Assembly: GCF_009914755.1 (NCBI RefSeq)
Contig: NC_060934.1
DNA from: the human T2T-CHM13v2.0 reference genome, Homo sapiens
Strand: one strand, 5' to 3'
DNA length: 64,000 bases
Below, piece by piece: positions 30,791 through 46,249 of the stretch. The notes below the pieces were generated by a model. The model saw only the letters and a program-made list of their open reading frames with translations. It was not told the DNA's origin and did not search any database. The stretch's first letter is position 1. Every line of letters begins with the position of its first letter. The translations under genes were made by a program, and so were the position numbers.

Positions 30791-31457
30791 ATCCCATTAA
30801 GTGAAGATGTAGGATTTCAATAGGTTACGTAAAACAAAAATAAAATAGCTTAAAGATGATTGTTACTTGAAGTTAAGTAACTCAGCTCAAGGCTACACAT
30901 TTGTCATTCAGAATTGGGGCCAAATTCAAACTAAAACTAAATGTTTGAAGGAAAAAAAAAATCCTAATGAATCACTACCTTCCAAGACTTAGTCAATAAT
31001 AAAAGTGAGTATTCAGTCATTTTAAACGGAATTTTTTTCTACAATAACAAATCCTAGAGCAGTTGGTTCCTTTCCAAGTCATAGGAATACAGAATTAAGA
31101 TTTCCAGCATCAGTATTCAGTACAGAGGTTTGACTAGCTAACTCTTGCCAGATCTAAAAACAACCAGTGAGCACCTCTGATATCAGGCAAGGCCAGATAA
31201 GCAAACTGAAACCTCTCAAAACGATTTACCTGTGAGTCAATTACTGATCACACTTTAACAGCCAGAAGGAAAAATAGGCAGTTACACTTTAATGGCTTTA
31301 TCTCTCTGTCCTAAGTGATTTTTTTGTTTGTTTGTTTACACTTAAACCAATCACATTTAGCCACTGAATGCTTTATAAAAAAGCAGATAGATGAGTAAGT
31401 TGAACAGTGCCAATAGTCTTAAATCATAGATTATTTTACATTAAGAAAATGAGAACT

Positions 31458-31854
<397 letters not shown>

Positions 31855-32256
31855 CTAGTGAATATTTTTCTTAGCATACTTTTAAAAGTGTGGGTATAAC
31901 ATGGAAATCATAAAAATCCTAAAATGTATCATTTCATATAACATATGAATTTACATTGCCATACAATATTTATCAACGTATTGTACTAAATGCCTAAAGA
32001 ATAAATTCAGTTGTTATCCCTCTATCTGAAATCTTTTTTAAATAACCACTAAAGCATTAACACAAGGAAATTTTTCGACAATGCTATTCATTTTATTTCA
32101 TCTTTCAATAGATGGGGCTTCTATGTGTAATCAGATTGGCCCTTGGGGCCTAAAAATAATGGAAATTTTCAAATGGACTTGGAGGTTGCCATGTAGGACT
32201 TACTACAATAGCAGTTCCATTTGGGCATGGAGAATATATAAGTATTTGCAGGAATG

Positions 32257-33091
32257 GGCTAGGCGCGGTGGTTCATGCCTGTAATCCCAGCACTTTGGGA
32301 GGCCGAGGCAGGCAGATCACCTGAGGTCGGGAGTTCGAGACCAGCCTGACAAACATGGAGAAATCCCATCTCTACTAAAAATACAAAAACAAAATTAGGT
32401 GGGTATGGTGGCGCATGCCTGTAATCCCAGCTATTCAGGAAGCTGAGGCAGGAGAATCGCTTGAACCTGGGAGGTGGAGGTTGTGGTGAGCTGAGATTGC
32501 ACCATGTTGGGAATAGGCCCCCAAAATCTGGCCGTAAACTGGCCCCAAAACTGGGCATAAACAAAATCTCTGCAGCACTGTGACATGTTCATGATGGCCA
32601 TGACGCCCATGCTGGAAGGTTGTGGGTTTACTGGAATGAGGGCAAGGAACACCTGGCCCACCCAGGGCGGAAAACCACTTAAAGGTGTTCTTAAACCACA
32701 AACAATAGCATGAGTGATCTGTGCCTTAAGGACATGCTCCTGCTGCAGATAACTAGCCAGAGCTCATCCCTTTATTTCGGCCAATCACTTTGTTTCCCAT
32801 AAGGAATACTTTTAGTTAATGTGTAATCTATAGAAACAATGCTTATCACTAGCTTGCTGTCAATAAATATGTGGGTAAATCTCTGTTCAAGGCTCTCAGC
32901 TCTGAAGGCTGTGAGACCCCTGATTTCCCACTCCATACCTCTATATTTCTGTGTGTGTGTTTTTAATTCCTTAGCGCCACTAGGTTAGGGTCTCCCTGGC
33001 CTAGCTGGTCTCAGCAGCACCATTGCACTCCAGCCTGAGCAAATAAGAGGGAAACTCTGTCTGAACAACAACAAAAAATAAATTAAAAAAA
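32257..33091 (+). mobile_element. AluSp split by a MER9 LTR (32257-32504 and 33023-33091)
   Basis: Sp diagnostics (gaggtcgggag, catggagaaa). TSD AAGTATTTGCAGGAATG on both outer flanks. Confidence 0.92.
32505..33016 (+). mobile_element. MER9a solo LTR of HERV-K(HML-3)
   Basis: TGTTGGGAATAGGCCCCCAAAATCTGGCC...GCTGGTCTCAGCA, 512 bp. Perfect 6-bp TSD GCACCA (betaretrovirus-type length). Confidence 0.92.
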
Positions 33092-33422
33092 GTATTTGCA
33101 GGAATGGACAATGCAGTTTCTAAGGTAATCAGTGTCATAAGCACTGTTCTTAGCTGCATGCACCATTTGGGAATACATAAGCAGATGTTGAACTCATATT
33201 TCTTCAAGGCTGTAAATCTCAGTAGCAGGAGTCAAGCTCAGTCCCCAGAAAAAGTGGGCCTGTGATTACCCCCCGTACATTTTCCAGATGTTTCCTCTTG
33301 CCTGCCATTATCACCTGATCCTGCCAGATTATATTTCTCTTTACTATTTTTTTAGTTTCTTTTAATTAGAAAAACTGTCTCCTCAAGTTTAGGCATTTAT
33401 AAATTCTCTTCAAGCTATTCTT

Positions 33423-33491
33423 TTTATAAAACAGAGTCTAAAATGCAAAGTTATGCAAAGTCTAAAGGGCTAGTGAGAATTAGATTGCAGA
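33423..33491 (+). repeat. 69-bp local duplication, copy 1
   Basis: 67/69 identical to 35730-35798. Confidence 0.95.
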
Positions 33492-33792
33492 GGAATCTAA
33501 TCCCCTTCCCTCCCTTTGCACCTAAGAGGAAAATTTCACAAAATCCTATGTATTTGAGATTGTTAGGGACATCAAAAAGGAGCATGGATTTAAGCCCATT
33601 GTGAAATGCTTCCAGAGGTTCCTAAGATTAAAAGGGAGAGATCAGGGTTCTGTCAGGCTTTTGTTAGTGCTTATCTCCTAGTCTTTGCATTTTGTCCTTC
33701 TCCTCCCCCTCTCTTCTTTCTTCTACTTTTCCCAACTAATCCAAATTTGAATTCAATGAATTTATCAATCTCATATAATATTGAGGTGTGAT

Positions 33793-34151
33793 TGTATTAG
33801 TTCATTTTCACACTGCTATAAAGACATACCTGAGACTGGGTAATTTATAAAGAAAAGAGGTTTAATTGGCTCACAGTTCCACAGGGCTGGGGAGGCCCCA
33901 GGAAACTTACAATCATGGCAGAAGTGGAAGCAAACATGTCCTTCTTCACAAGCCAGCAGGAGAGAGAAGTGCAGAGAGAAGGGGGAAAGTCCCTTATAAA
34001 ACCATCAGATCTTGTGAATATTCACTCACTATCACAAGAAGAGCATGGGAGAATTGCCCCCATGATCCAATCTCCTCCCCCAAGGTCCTTCCCCCAATAC
34101 ATGGGGATTAAAATTCAGATTACAATTCAAGATGACAGCCAGGCTATATCA
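33793..34151 (-). mobile_element. THE1 (C/D-like) MaLR solo LTR
   Basis: tgtattagttcattttcacactgctataaagacatacctgagactggg...ctatatca. Perfect 5-bp TSD GTGAT. Confidence 0.92.
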
Positions 34152-34249
34152 GTGATTAAAGGCAAGTTAATCCTATGGGATTCTGCAATCTTCAAAAAAA
34201 GAGTTTGTTAATCCAAATAAATAATGGCCTTTCAAGAAATATATTATTA

Positions 34250-34571
34250 TTTTTAATTTAATTTTGTTTTATTTTATTTTATTTTATTTTTGAGATGGAG
34301 TCTTGCACTGTTGCACAGACTGGAGTGCAGTGGCGCAGTGTTGGCTCACTGCAAGCTCCACCTCCTGGGTTCACGCCATTCTCCTGCTTAGCCTCCCGAG
34401 TAGGTGGGACTACAGGTGCCTGTCATCATGCCTGGCTAAGTTTTTGTACTTTTAGTAGAGACTGGGTTTCACTGTGTTAGCCAGGATGGTCTCAATCTCC
34501 TGACCTCGTGATCCACCTGCCTTGACCTCCCAAAGTGCTGGGATTACAGGTGTGAGCCACCTCACCCGGCC
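34250..34571 (-). mobile_element. AluY
   Basis: Y diagnostics. TSD AAGAA..ATATT. Confidence 0.92.
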
Positions 34572-34651
34572 AAGAAGGATATTTTTAAAGGAACAGACTT
34601 TCTGATGCTTGCGTTCACTACGACATCCCAGCCTCCACTACCCTTAGGAAG

Positions 34652-34652
34652 A

Positions 34653-34695
<43 letters not shown>
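34652..34695 (+). repeat. (TA)n(TG)n microsatellite
   Basis: Direct reading. Confidence 0.95.
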
Positions 34696-34697
<2 letters not shown>

Positions 34698-35072
34698 CAT
34701 TACTTAGTAGTAGGCAGAACAAAATTCAGCCACTATTTTTATAAAGGTAAATACAATCTATAAAACTTAGTAAAACAGAAAAGTAGTCACCACCATGTTA
34801 GGGAGTTCTATGGCTGTAGTGGACACAAAGAAAGTTTCAAATCACAAGGGAGAGTTGGTAATAATGACATCACCTGTACCTCCCATATACCACCCTACCC
34901 TAATGCTATACTACCTAACTAATGCTGCTACTATAACTGTGGCTACTACTACCACTGCTACTTTATTGTCATTAGTTGTGCCTTAATATTGTACAATTCT
35001 TTATAATTTATTTTTTTAATGCTTGAAGACTTTTATTTAATATCAAGTTATTTTTAAGGAACAGGGAACTAA

Positions 35073-35450
<378 letters not shown>

Positions 35451-35729
35451 AGGAAAGGGTTTTCATGCTACAAGCCTCTTGGTGAAATTTTAGTTTGAGC
35501 ATTAATTTTGATCTCCATTCTGGTTATGGTATCAAACTAGCAGAAGCATGAACAGCTGACACATGTTTTACACAAACTCTGGAATTGGCTGCAATGACTT
35601 GTCTTGGTGAGGGGAATTCTAAGTGCCAGGCCAGCTAAGAACCAATGCAATTGAACCAATGCTGTCTAATACCAGGCTATTATATCCATAGAACACTCTT
35701 GATTTGCCTATGGCCAAACTTCTCAAAAC

Positions 35730-35798
35730 TTTATAAAACAGGGTCTAAAATACAAAGTTATGCAAAGTCTAAAGGGCTAGTGAGAATTAGATTGCAGA
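35730..35798 (+). repeat. 69-bp local duplication, copy 2
   Basis: 67/69 identical to 33423-33491. Confidence 0.95.
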
Positions 35799-35858
35799 TT
35801 GCAAAATCACTTTTAGCTGAAACTAATAGCTTTCTGTCATTCGTTAGTGTCAAATATC

Positions 35859-36178
<320 letters not shown>

Positions 36179-38539
36179 TCAAATATATTTTTGTTGCATT
36201 TGACCTTTATATACTTCTTTTTGAATAGTCTCTTGACATCAACAATCCTCTACTTCTTGATTTCCTCTTTCTTCTCCTTCTTCTATAGCTTCAGCTACAT
36301 TCTCTGTATCCTGTTACTCCAGAATTATGGCCTCAATCCTTTTCTCTCCTACCTAGACAAACACTAATTTTGAAGATCAGGTTTTATGTATGTAACTATC
36401 CCTTTTATAATCATGATAAACACTTTGTCTACATTTTTATTCTTGAAATTTTAATTTCTCTCCCATATTTCCAGCTCATATAACACCATTAAATATTTGC
36501 TAAACATCTGCAGTAATTGCCGGAGTTACAGAAGAAATCGAAAACCTACATCTTGGCTTCTAGGAACTTATCTTTCTTTTCCTACAAAGTTATAAAGACC
36601 AGGAACATGATGTACTTACTTTAATAAGCAACTCTCTCATCAAAAACGACATGTACAGAAAACAAACTTGTCATCTCCCTATATTCATTAACATCTCCCT
36701 TCCCCATGAAGTCCAGTAAACTTTCTCGAGAATTTTCTGATGACTAATTCTTGTTGGAACTGTCATACGCAATCAATGTATGTGTTCTGCTGATAATTCT
36801 TATGAAGCATGCTCCGATTCAATGCTTTAATCTCAACATAAGCTGCTCTCCTCACATTCGGATTCTGGACAAAACTTCCTGATTACTCCCAACTTTCTCA
36901 TCCTCCTCTTCCAAACCAGCCTGTTAACTGATGCTGTTAATTTTCTTAAAGACTTCTCAAATGCCAAGAGTACATCACTCACAAAAATGTTATGCTTTCT
37001 TATTTTGTTATCTTCTCATACCGAAATCTATTTCTTCAATATCATCTTACTTACTACCTTGGTTTTACTCCAATTCTATATTTTTAAGGCCTGGATCAAG
37101 ATTTAACTTTTCCATGAAGCTTTATCAGGTGGATTGCAGACCACATGGTTTAATTTTGGTCCCAAAAGATAAATTATTAATATTGACCTATACAAAGCTG
37201 TCTTATACCTCAACCTCCATTGTAAACTCCTAGAGTCTACACTGTCTTTTCATTGCCCATAAAATAGGCATATTCTTCTGTTTCTAGTCTTTTTATCCTT
37301 CCTTATTAAATATTTGAAATTTTAAAATTGATAACAAATAATAAAAGACAACAAATAATCATTTTGTATAATTTACCAATTTACCATAAATTGTTACTCA
37401 AGTTGCCCTACTTCACTCTGATCTTGCATGCTACAAAAGTCATCCTATAAGATGCTTCAATTTATGCAGGCAGTAAGATGTTTGTAACACTAAGAAAACT
37501 CAGATTATATTGACAATCAGATTTATTTATGAAAATAAGTATTCATATTCACAACTTGTTATGGAGACAGAAAACACATCTGCTAAAATTGGCACTCCCA
37601 TTTCAAATGACTCATGGACAGGGAGTGATAAACTATGATTTGCCAACAGGTTCATGTACCAGTTTGTGGCTTGGGTTGACATCACATGATCTTTCTTTTG
37701 CAATCTCTGGCACATGCTTCTCACATAGAATGCCAGCTATAGTTCAGTGGACATTTCTCAGAAAAGGACACAATGTCAGAGAGAAGCTTGCCACTTCTCA
37801 AAATGTGTTAGAATTGATGAATGTGTTAGAATTGATGAACACTAAGAATTGATGAACGGGTTACACTGGTTAAATTCTTCTTTAGCTTCTTTTCTTCTTT
37901 TTTGCTGTTAGTCAAGATGGGAGTCTTAATTTTTGTTTCAGCAAATGTACATCATTGTCACACAGAAAAACAAGCAACATCATAAATAGCAGTGTTAATA
38001 AATTAACTCGTGATCATGCTTTTAAATCTAAATATAAAATAAAGAAAAATATTTTAAAAATAGGAAAATAAAAATATGAATATATTTATATTTAAAGAAA
38101 GAGTTACACTTATTATATTTTATGATCTATATATTCCTTACTGTAAAAATAAACTGTGAACATATTCAGTTTAGAAAATAAAGTCCTTATAGTTGAGCCT
38201 AAAAAGCTGTGTTTTCATTTCCAAATTGAGGCAATTTACAAGTAGGTGTCAAAGCAAACCATTTTCTTTTAATTATGTAGTAAATCATGTACCATGAAAA
38301 CTTCCTAGGAGATTATTGAGAAAGGATGTTCTTGGCACAGAGACAGCCACATGAAAAATTGATTAGCATTGCAGAACAGAAACAAGCATGAGAAATGGAA
38401 AAGAAATATTGAAAGAGGACAGATAATTATGACAACTGGGTGTCTTGGCTAAGTGACTATTACAGTCAGTATTAGAAACTTGTCACCTATTGGTTGATTA
38501 ATTTGTAGAGATCTCCAGGGAGACACTAGAATATATCAA

Positions 38540-38765
38540 GCTCTGGGACCCGGCTACCTGGTACATATGGTGGCTCTGCTATTTTCTTCCTATGTGGCCA
38601 TGGGTAGCCTCCTTAATCTCTTTGTGCATCCATTCCCTCATCTGCAAAATGGGAATAATAATCATACCTTCTATGTAGGCTTGTGATGAGAATTAAGTGA
38701 GTCCATGTAAAACACTATAAAAAGTTCCTGGAATACAGTAAACATCCAAATGTTTGCTCTTATGA
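38540..38765 (+). mobile_element. MIR SINE
   Basis: cttaatctctttgtgcatcc...cctcatctgcaaaatgggaataataat core. Confidence 0.8.
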
Positions 38766-38784
38766 ATATTACTGGTTGTAAAGG

Positions 38785-39288
38785 CCAGGGACCAGTACCT
38801 GTCTGTGGTTTGTTAGGAACCGGGCCACACAGTAGGAGGTGAGCAGCAAGCCATGGAGCAATGCTTCATCTGTTATTTATAGCTGCTCCCTGTCACTTGC
38901 ATTACTTCCTGAGCTCTGCCTCCTGTCAAATCAGCAGCAGCATTAGATTCTCATAGGAGCACCAATCTTATTGTGAACTGTGCATGCGAGGGATCTAGGT
39001 TGCATGCTCCTTATGAGAATCTAATGCCAGATGATCTGTTACTATCTCCCATCACCCCCAGATGGGACCATCTAATTACTGGAAAACAAGCTCAGGGCTC
39101 CCATTGATTCTACTTTATGATGAGTTTTATAATTACTTAATTACATATTACAGTGTAATAATAATAGAAATAAAGTGCATAATAAATGTAATGTGCTTGA
39201 ATCATCCTGACCCCGCCCTCCACTCCTGGATGGAGAAACTGTCTTCCACAAAATCAGTACCTGATGCCAAAAAGGTTGGGGACTGATG
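38785..39288 (+). mobile_element. MER1A hAT-Charlie, 5' end partly deleted
   Basis: Collinear with the 27417-27926 copy. 3' terminal repeat aaggttggggactgatg. Confidence 0.9.
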
Positions 39289-42200
39289 TTGTAGCGCATT
39301 GAGTAGAATATTAGAGAAATTTTACCATAGCTTAATCATTCAATTTTGATCTTTACAAACCAATGCATCCATGGGAGAAATTCATCATCAGATTTTGAAA
39401 TAGACACTTATTTTGTTATAGCCAAATCCCTTAAACATAATACTGGGTAAAGGATGTAATCAAAACAAGCAGTTCACGTGGATTGAGAAAGTCTTTTGTC
39501 ATCATCTCCTTGGCTACTGGTTTTGTCCTATTTAATATTTATTTCAACACCACATTTAAAATATGAAGATGTTAAGAGTCAATTTTTAATATCAGCAATC
39601 TTATTGGATCCTTTCTTAATGGTAATACATTGACACTGCTTGGTTTAGTGCCCTCTTTGTTTACAATTGCAGTTGATCTCCTCAGATTCCTTAAGGCAAT
39701 CCTGAATAGCAAGACTGCCTCACAGAAAAATGTGTGTAGTTGGTGAAGTTGAGAATAGGCAGCTTGCCACCTCTTATTTTCAGTCATACATACAAATGCA
39801 AAAGTCATATTTCAACATGCTCTTCCTGCTCTATGCCCTCACTATTGGGGCTTCATTTTGCTCTGTTTATAGAAATGGTTTTATATTCTTCGTTTAGTAA
39901 ATTACATCAAGTTCTAGAAATTTAGGATTGTCAAGTGTTTATTACTTCAAGCTGTCTCTGTACTGCAAAATCCACTGTATGTTGATAGCTAATGATTTGC
40001 AAAGCATCGTGATTGTTCATAGTTACATGCACCCACTGCAAAATCCCAAAATTAGCAACAACATGTTGTTTAAATGTGTCTTTGGAAGAAGAAAACATGG
40101 AACATTGGAAGTCACTGTGTATATACACATGGCTGGTGAGAAGATGAAAGTGCACACTGGAAATCCCTGAAAGCTTTGCTAAGTTATAGCTGGCAGACTT
40201 GGCAACATTTTGCATTTTTAGGAATTAGATTTTGATACTTTTTTGTGTGAAAGCAGTAGGATCTGAATTGCTCCTGTATCATCCGTGAAGGGAGCTCTCT
40301 GTTATCTCAGCTGAATTTTCGGCAACCACAGTTTTGAAAGAACTAATGTTCTGAACAGTTCTTAAGAGATCCATGAAATTATTCTTCCATTTTCCCTCTT
40401 GTCTGTAATCTTAGAGAAAGATATATGTAAATTAATGTGAAATGCATCAAGGATAACAAGTTGAAATTGAGTCATACTTTCACCTGCCTGTGACATTTCA
40501 GGAGGTAATCACAATTCATCATGGTCACGTAAGGGGTTATCAAAATATGCAAGTTTAAATGGGGCAGAGGATTGAATGTGGGCAAGGTGTATTATGCAAC
40601 TCAACAAATAAGCAATTTCAACAATTCTGAAAACTAGCTGAAGTATGAAATAACTTTGAGATTAAAAATGAACAAATTCTGACTAGTGTAAAACAGAAAA
40701 ACAACCAAAGGCAAATAGCTTACTTTGAAACAATCCCAGGTGGGTTTAGTATAATTTTGCCTGGCAGAAGGAACAGTGTCAGTGATTCCCAAGGTCTCTT
40801 TGAACCTCCCTGTTTGATCACTCTGATTTTCTTCTTTCAAGGGCATCACATGTATTTTGAATGCCATGTCTGTGTGATGCACCTTCCATGTATGCATTCA
40901 CTTCTTTTCTTTCTCTGGATGCAGCTCAGTTACACAGGGAGCAATGCCCTCTGGAGCTGGCATGCTGCTTGCTGTTTCTTCAAGTCCATAGTTAATGAGG
41001 ATGTTTGGAAAAGTACTGAGGTTGGTAAAGTCACAGCCAAGGGAAGGGGACCAGAGTAAGCGTGTTTGTTTTTGAACTAAGCAGCATTATGTTTCTGTAA
41101 TAGTCCTAACTCACAGATTAGTGCCATAATGCAGTAACATTTATTTTTAAATTTTATGGATGCATTTATATCCTTTTTCCTGATACTCATTCCTCAGGCA
41201 AATTTTAAAAAACTGATTAAAACATTACTCATACATTCTTTCTTGATGTTTGTGCACATTTTTTAAATCAAATTTTGAAAAATTGAACATTGCCATTTAA
41301 GTAAAATTGACATAAATATTATACATAAAAGTTGTCAGAGAGCAGTTTCTCTAATTAATTTTTGTTAACTTTTCTAAATGTATTTATCCAAGAAAGTTGA
41401 GAAAAGTAAAAATTATTGTCCTTCTTTAAAGAATTTGTCGGTGTTTTACCTAGCAATCACGTGACTTTTGAAACATTAAAACAAACAATAACTTGATATA
41501 ATTAGTAAAAGGTAAAAACTTAGATTAGATACTTCTATTGCCTACATGTATAAAATGGACACAATACTTCCACTCCTGCCAGTCTATCTCCTGGCAATGT
41601 TTACTAAATGAAATAATGAACTTACAAATTACTTTGAGATGTAGTAAGACCATTCAGATATAAGATAACATGTATATTATTTTTTTCTAAAATTTACCTT
41701 TTTGTAAACTGTATCTCCTGAAGAAATGCACAGGAAAGTGAAAACACCATGGATTTTGAATTCAGCTCCATTATTCAGTGGCCTGGAAAATGATTTTGAA
41801 GTCATTTTATGTTTCTATCTTTGTTTCCCCAGATGTAAAAGTTGAATGATAATTGCTTATGAAATTTTCTGTGACCACTATCAGACAGTATCAGTAACAG
41901 AATCAATATATATCAATTTTCATCATTCTTCCATTTCAATAAGGTCTAAGAAAGGTAGGTTACTATATTTAGTGTATTGATATTTTAGAAACATATAGTG
42001 ATAGTTTCTGAAGCAATAATATTCATTGGAGAAATAAAGCTGATAATTTGTCTCACTCATCTTTGTTTGGTGCATAATAAACACTGTAAATAGTCAGTGA
42101 TCCAAAGAGCAAATGCTTAAAGTGGCCAAGATATATGTATTTTTACAAACTTTCTGGTGCAAAAAGTGCATATACAAAATATAATATTGTACCATAAAAC

Positions 42201-42609
42201 AGACCCAAAACAAATTGATTACAAATATAATTAATTGTACGTTTTCTTTTCACTTTGAATTTATAAGGCCTTCGGGGAAGACCTGAATTTGTCAAAGAAA
42301 TTTGTCAAAGAAAATTAACCTGAAGTATATTTCTTTTTGATGAGTTTTTAAATCATTCTTTTCAATGTAAGGGAAAGATGGCGGAATAAAAATGAATCTA
42401 AGACTCTACCTCCCTCCAAATCCAGTAGAATAAACCACTGCCATGACCACAAACAAAACCCATATCAAACAAACAAATAAGTGAACTTAAGGGCCAAGTG
42501 GGAAGGTTGGGAAAAATCAAGGATCAACTGGGAATAAGAAATCCTGCATGCCACCTGGGGATCTCTGCATCAGCAGGAAAACCTTCCAGGGCTTGCCATA
42601 TGCTAGGCA

Positions 42610-43100
42610 TATCAGATAGATTCAGGGCAATAAATTGCTTTACGTATTTTAAGGAGAAGATTTAATACAAGGAATATAACATTTTTGCAAGGGCTAGAAT
42701 GGTAGGAGTCAGGTCTAATAATGGCTCTCTCTTGTGTAGAAACCACTGCTATAGCTTCAATCTAAGAACCTGGAAGGCACTACCACCGCTATCTCCTCTT
42801 CTACAACCAGCTCAATACCTCCTGACCGCACTTGTGACCAGAAAGTGGATCCACAAGGCTGCCTCCACAGCTCTTGTCCACACTCGTGTCCCTGGGACCT
42901 TGCTTGCCTGCAGAAACCTCAGCAGGATATGGGATTTCAGTTCAGAGATGAATTGCAGGTAGAGCATGAATGCATCTAATTTGCATCCATGACCCTGTCC
43001 ACAAAGGAGTCTGGGAAATAGGCTTTTAGTTTTCCAGCCTCTACCATACCATAAGGCACACAAGAGGAGGCAGGAATGGATGTTGATGGCCCAGTGAACA
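42610..43100 (-). mobile_element. Ancient ERVL/MaLR-type LTR remnant (family uncertain)
   Basis: aaaggagtctgggaaataggcttttagttttccagcctc and gatttaatacaaggaat motifs typical of old ERVL-class LTRs. Confidence 0.4.
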
Positions 43101-43321
43101 TATTCAGAGCTCCAAGGTAGGGTGGTAATTGGAAAATAAGCTGCAAATGACTGCAGTGTGATACTCCCTTGGTTCCATGGAGTGTCACTTGATGCAGGGC
43201 ATTTGAAGAAATTTCCATAGAGAAAAAAAGAGTCAGCCTTCCTAGCAAGTTCTGCCTTCAGCCCCCCCAAACTCTTCATCCTGTGCACTTACACAAACCA
43301 GGTTATAAGAAATAGAGTTCA

Positions 43322-43677
<356 letters not shown>

Positions 43678-45813
43678 TCAGTAAGCAAATAGAAGATGAA
43701 AAACATACGCCTGAAATATTTATAACTAAATCATGTATTCACAAATGAAAATAGCTTCTTTTGCTGAAATGGTAACAGGGCAAATGCAATTTTAGTGGAC
43801 TCAAGGAATTTAACTGCTGCCTAAGTATCTGGCATAGTACACAGGAGTGACTTTGGAATAAAGATTATATTTAATCTCCACTTTTAATCATCTTAATTCA
43901 AGAAATTGAAGAACATAAAACCCAGGGTTTTTTTTTCCTATTTAAAAGAATGCGCTTAAATAGCATTAGTTGACAGGTAACTACTTCAGTAAATAAAATA
44001 TCCTTTTAATATAATGCCAGACTCTTCACGCCCCACCCCCAAGTCTCCATTATCCTGTAGAGTAGCTCACTATCCTCACCTGCTTTGGGCAAAAATGACT
44101 CATAGTTCAGGTGCTAAGGAAGCTGTTCATTCTATTGCATATATGTATATGGAATTACTAATTAAGCCAAGTCTTTGTGCATGAATTTGGAAATTTAATT
44201 AGTAGAGTTGATTTTTAAATTATTTCTTCGAATCACCTAGTCCATAATAATATTTGTCCCTGTGGGCTACAATTTGAAGAATTTTAATCATAATCTCCTT
44301 TTCAAAGTAAGAATCTTTCTCAAGCCTCTTTTCATTAAGAAAACTATTTATATGAAATACTTGGCAAGCCAGAACAAATCCCACATTCCACTTAGCAAAA
44401 AACAACAACAACAACAAAATCCCATTAAACACACAGTTAATACTTCTCAACACTTGTAAATCCAAAGTTCATGCTTGGGGTATACGTGCGTGTTTCCAAA
44501 TTCAGAGGCCTAAACTTGATGTGCTTTAAATGAAAAAATTTCAGGTCAGAAAGAAAGTAGGAAAAATCTAGAAACCATTGGAAGATGGGTAAATATCTTC
44601 AATTTCAAATTTCTCTTCCCTCTACAGTTTCTTTATCATGTATGATGTGGTTGAAAGATCATTGCCATGAGAGCTTAGACAAAGAGATCTCCTCCTGTCT
44701 CAGGCACTCACTGGACGTGTGTCCTTGGTTACATGGAAGATGTTACCCAGGTCTGTGTGCCCCAGGCACACCACATTAGGAGTTTGAATAATACAGTTTC
44801 TCAGTTTCTAGAGTTCCATGAGTCTTAGATGCTCACTGTTTTCTGCATTGTGAACATGATTTTATTTATCAAAATAGCTTTATCTCAGATGCTTTATGCA
44901 GATGAATAGGGTAGTAGTGTCTATAATGAAACTGAATTGCTCTCTTGTTGTTTGGTTCCTGCCTTTGTCTTATGACTTACAGGTTAAAAATGGTGTTTTG
45001 GGCATTGCGCCGATATGGCTGGTTACCCTCTCCCTCCTGCACACATAGGAACCACCCCTTCCTGCCCTGTTACACATAGGCTGAGTCAGTGAGAAGCCTT
45101 TTCTTTCCCTGCACCCTAAAAGGTCCTGTGTTTTGACAATAAAACCACAAGATTTTGAAGAAGCCTGCACCTCTGCAACCTCTGCATTGAACTACATGAA
45201 GCACAGTCACTGGTCACCAGGACTACAGTGGGTTGACTCTATGTAAAGATGCACATCCAGAGATTTATTGTCCTTGCCCCTGGGTCTATGGAGTTATAAA
45301 GAAGGAAGGAATTAAGCATCTTGTTATTGAACGGTCAAAAGGAAAATGTCACTGAGTGAGTGACCTTAAGCAAGTCATGAAGCTGCACGAGAAGGGTTTA
45401 CCATGGAGAAGAATGAGGGGTCCAGGCAGAAGCCTCCAAGACAATAAAGAGATGAAGTAATGAAAGGGAACTGAGTGACCCAGGAGGCCAGGGCTATGAA
45501 ACACACTCTCCACCGGCTGCCACTACATCTTGTCTGATGAGGTCAACCACCACATTCAAAAAGTAACATACTATCTTCTTAATTTAGGTTCCTTTACTCA
45601 AAATGCTGTTTAAAATACCTAGTTCGTAAGTGCACAGGTTATTAAATATACATTGCTTTGACCTACACTATGGATTAAAGTTGAAAATTAAGTCAATAAC
45701 ATAAATGGTTAATACACAAGTCACTGATTTAGAATAAGTTTTTTTAATCAATGTGTTTATTTTAAATTTTCATTGGGTTGGTTTGGAGGTCATTAGGACA
45801 TTTTGAAGGTTTA

Positions 45814-46136
45814 TGGTGTCCATGAAGGACTGGTTCCAGGACCTTCCTAAGATACCAACATTAGCAGATGCTCAAGTCCCTGATATCAAATGGCACTGTA
45901 TTTGCATATAACCTATGCACATTCTCCTGTTACTTTAAATCATTTCTAATTTACTTATAATGCCTAATGCAATGTAAATGCTATGTAAATGCAGTTGTTC
46001 TATTGTATTGTTTAGAAAATAATGATGAGAAAAAAATCTGTCCATGTTCAGAACGGACACAATTTAAAAAAATATTTTTGATCCACAGTTGGTTGAATCC
46101 ACAGAGGTGGAATCTGCAGATACAGAGGGTCGACTA
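45814..46136 (+). mobile_element. MER2 (TcMar-Tigger MITE)
   Basis: tggttccaggacc...gatgctcaagtccctgatat...tatttgcatataaccta...gatacagagggtcgact. Confidence 0.88.
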
Positions 46137-46249
46137 CATATAGAACTAGAAACTCAGAATTTAAATTTTAGCTTTATTGTTGTTCACAAGTTAATTAATA
46201 CCATTAATATTATTGGCCATCTTTGTGACACTAACCATTCCCTTGGCCA

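Noticed and set aside
34615-34632. ZNF143-associated ACTACAnnTCCCAG motif
   Set aside because: The spacing is one base too long (ACTACGACATCCCAG) and there is no CpG-island promoter context.
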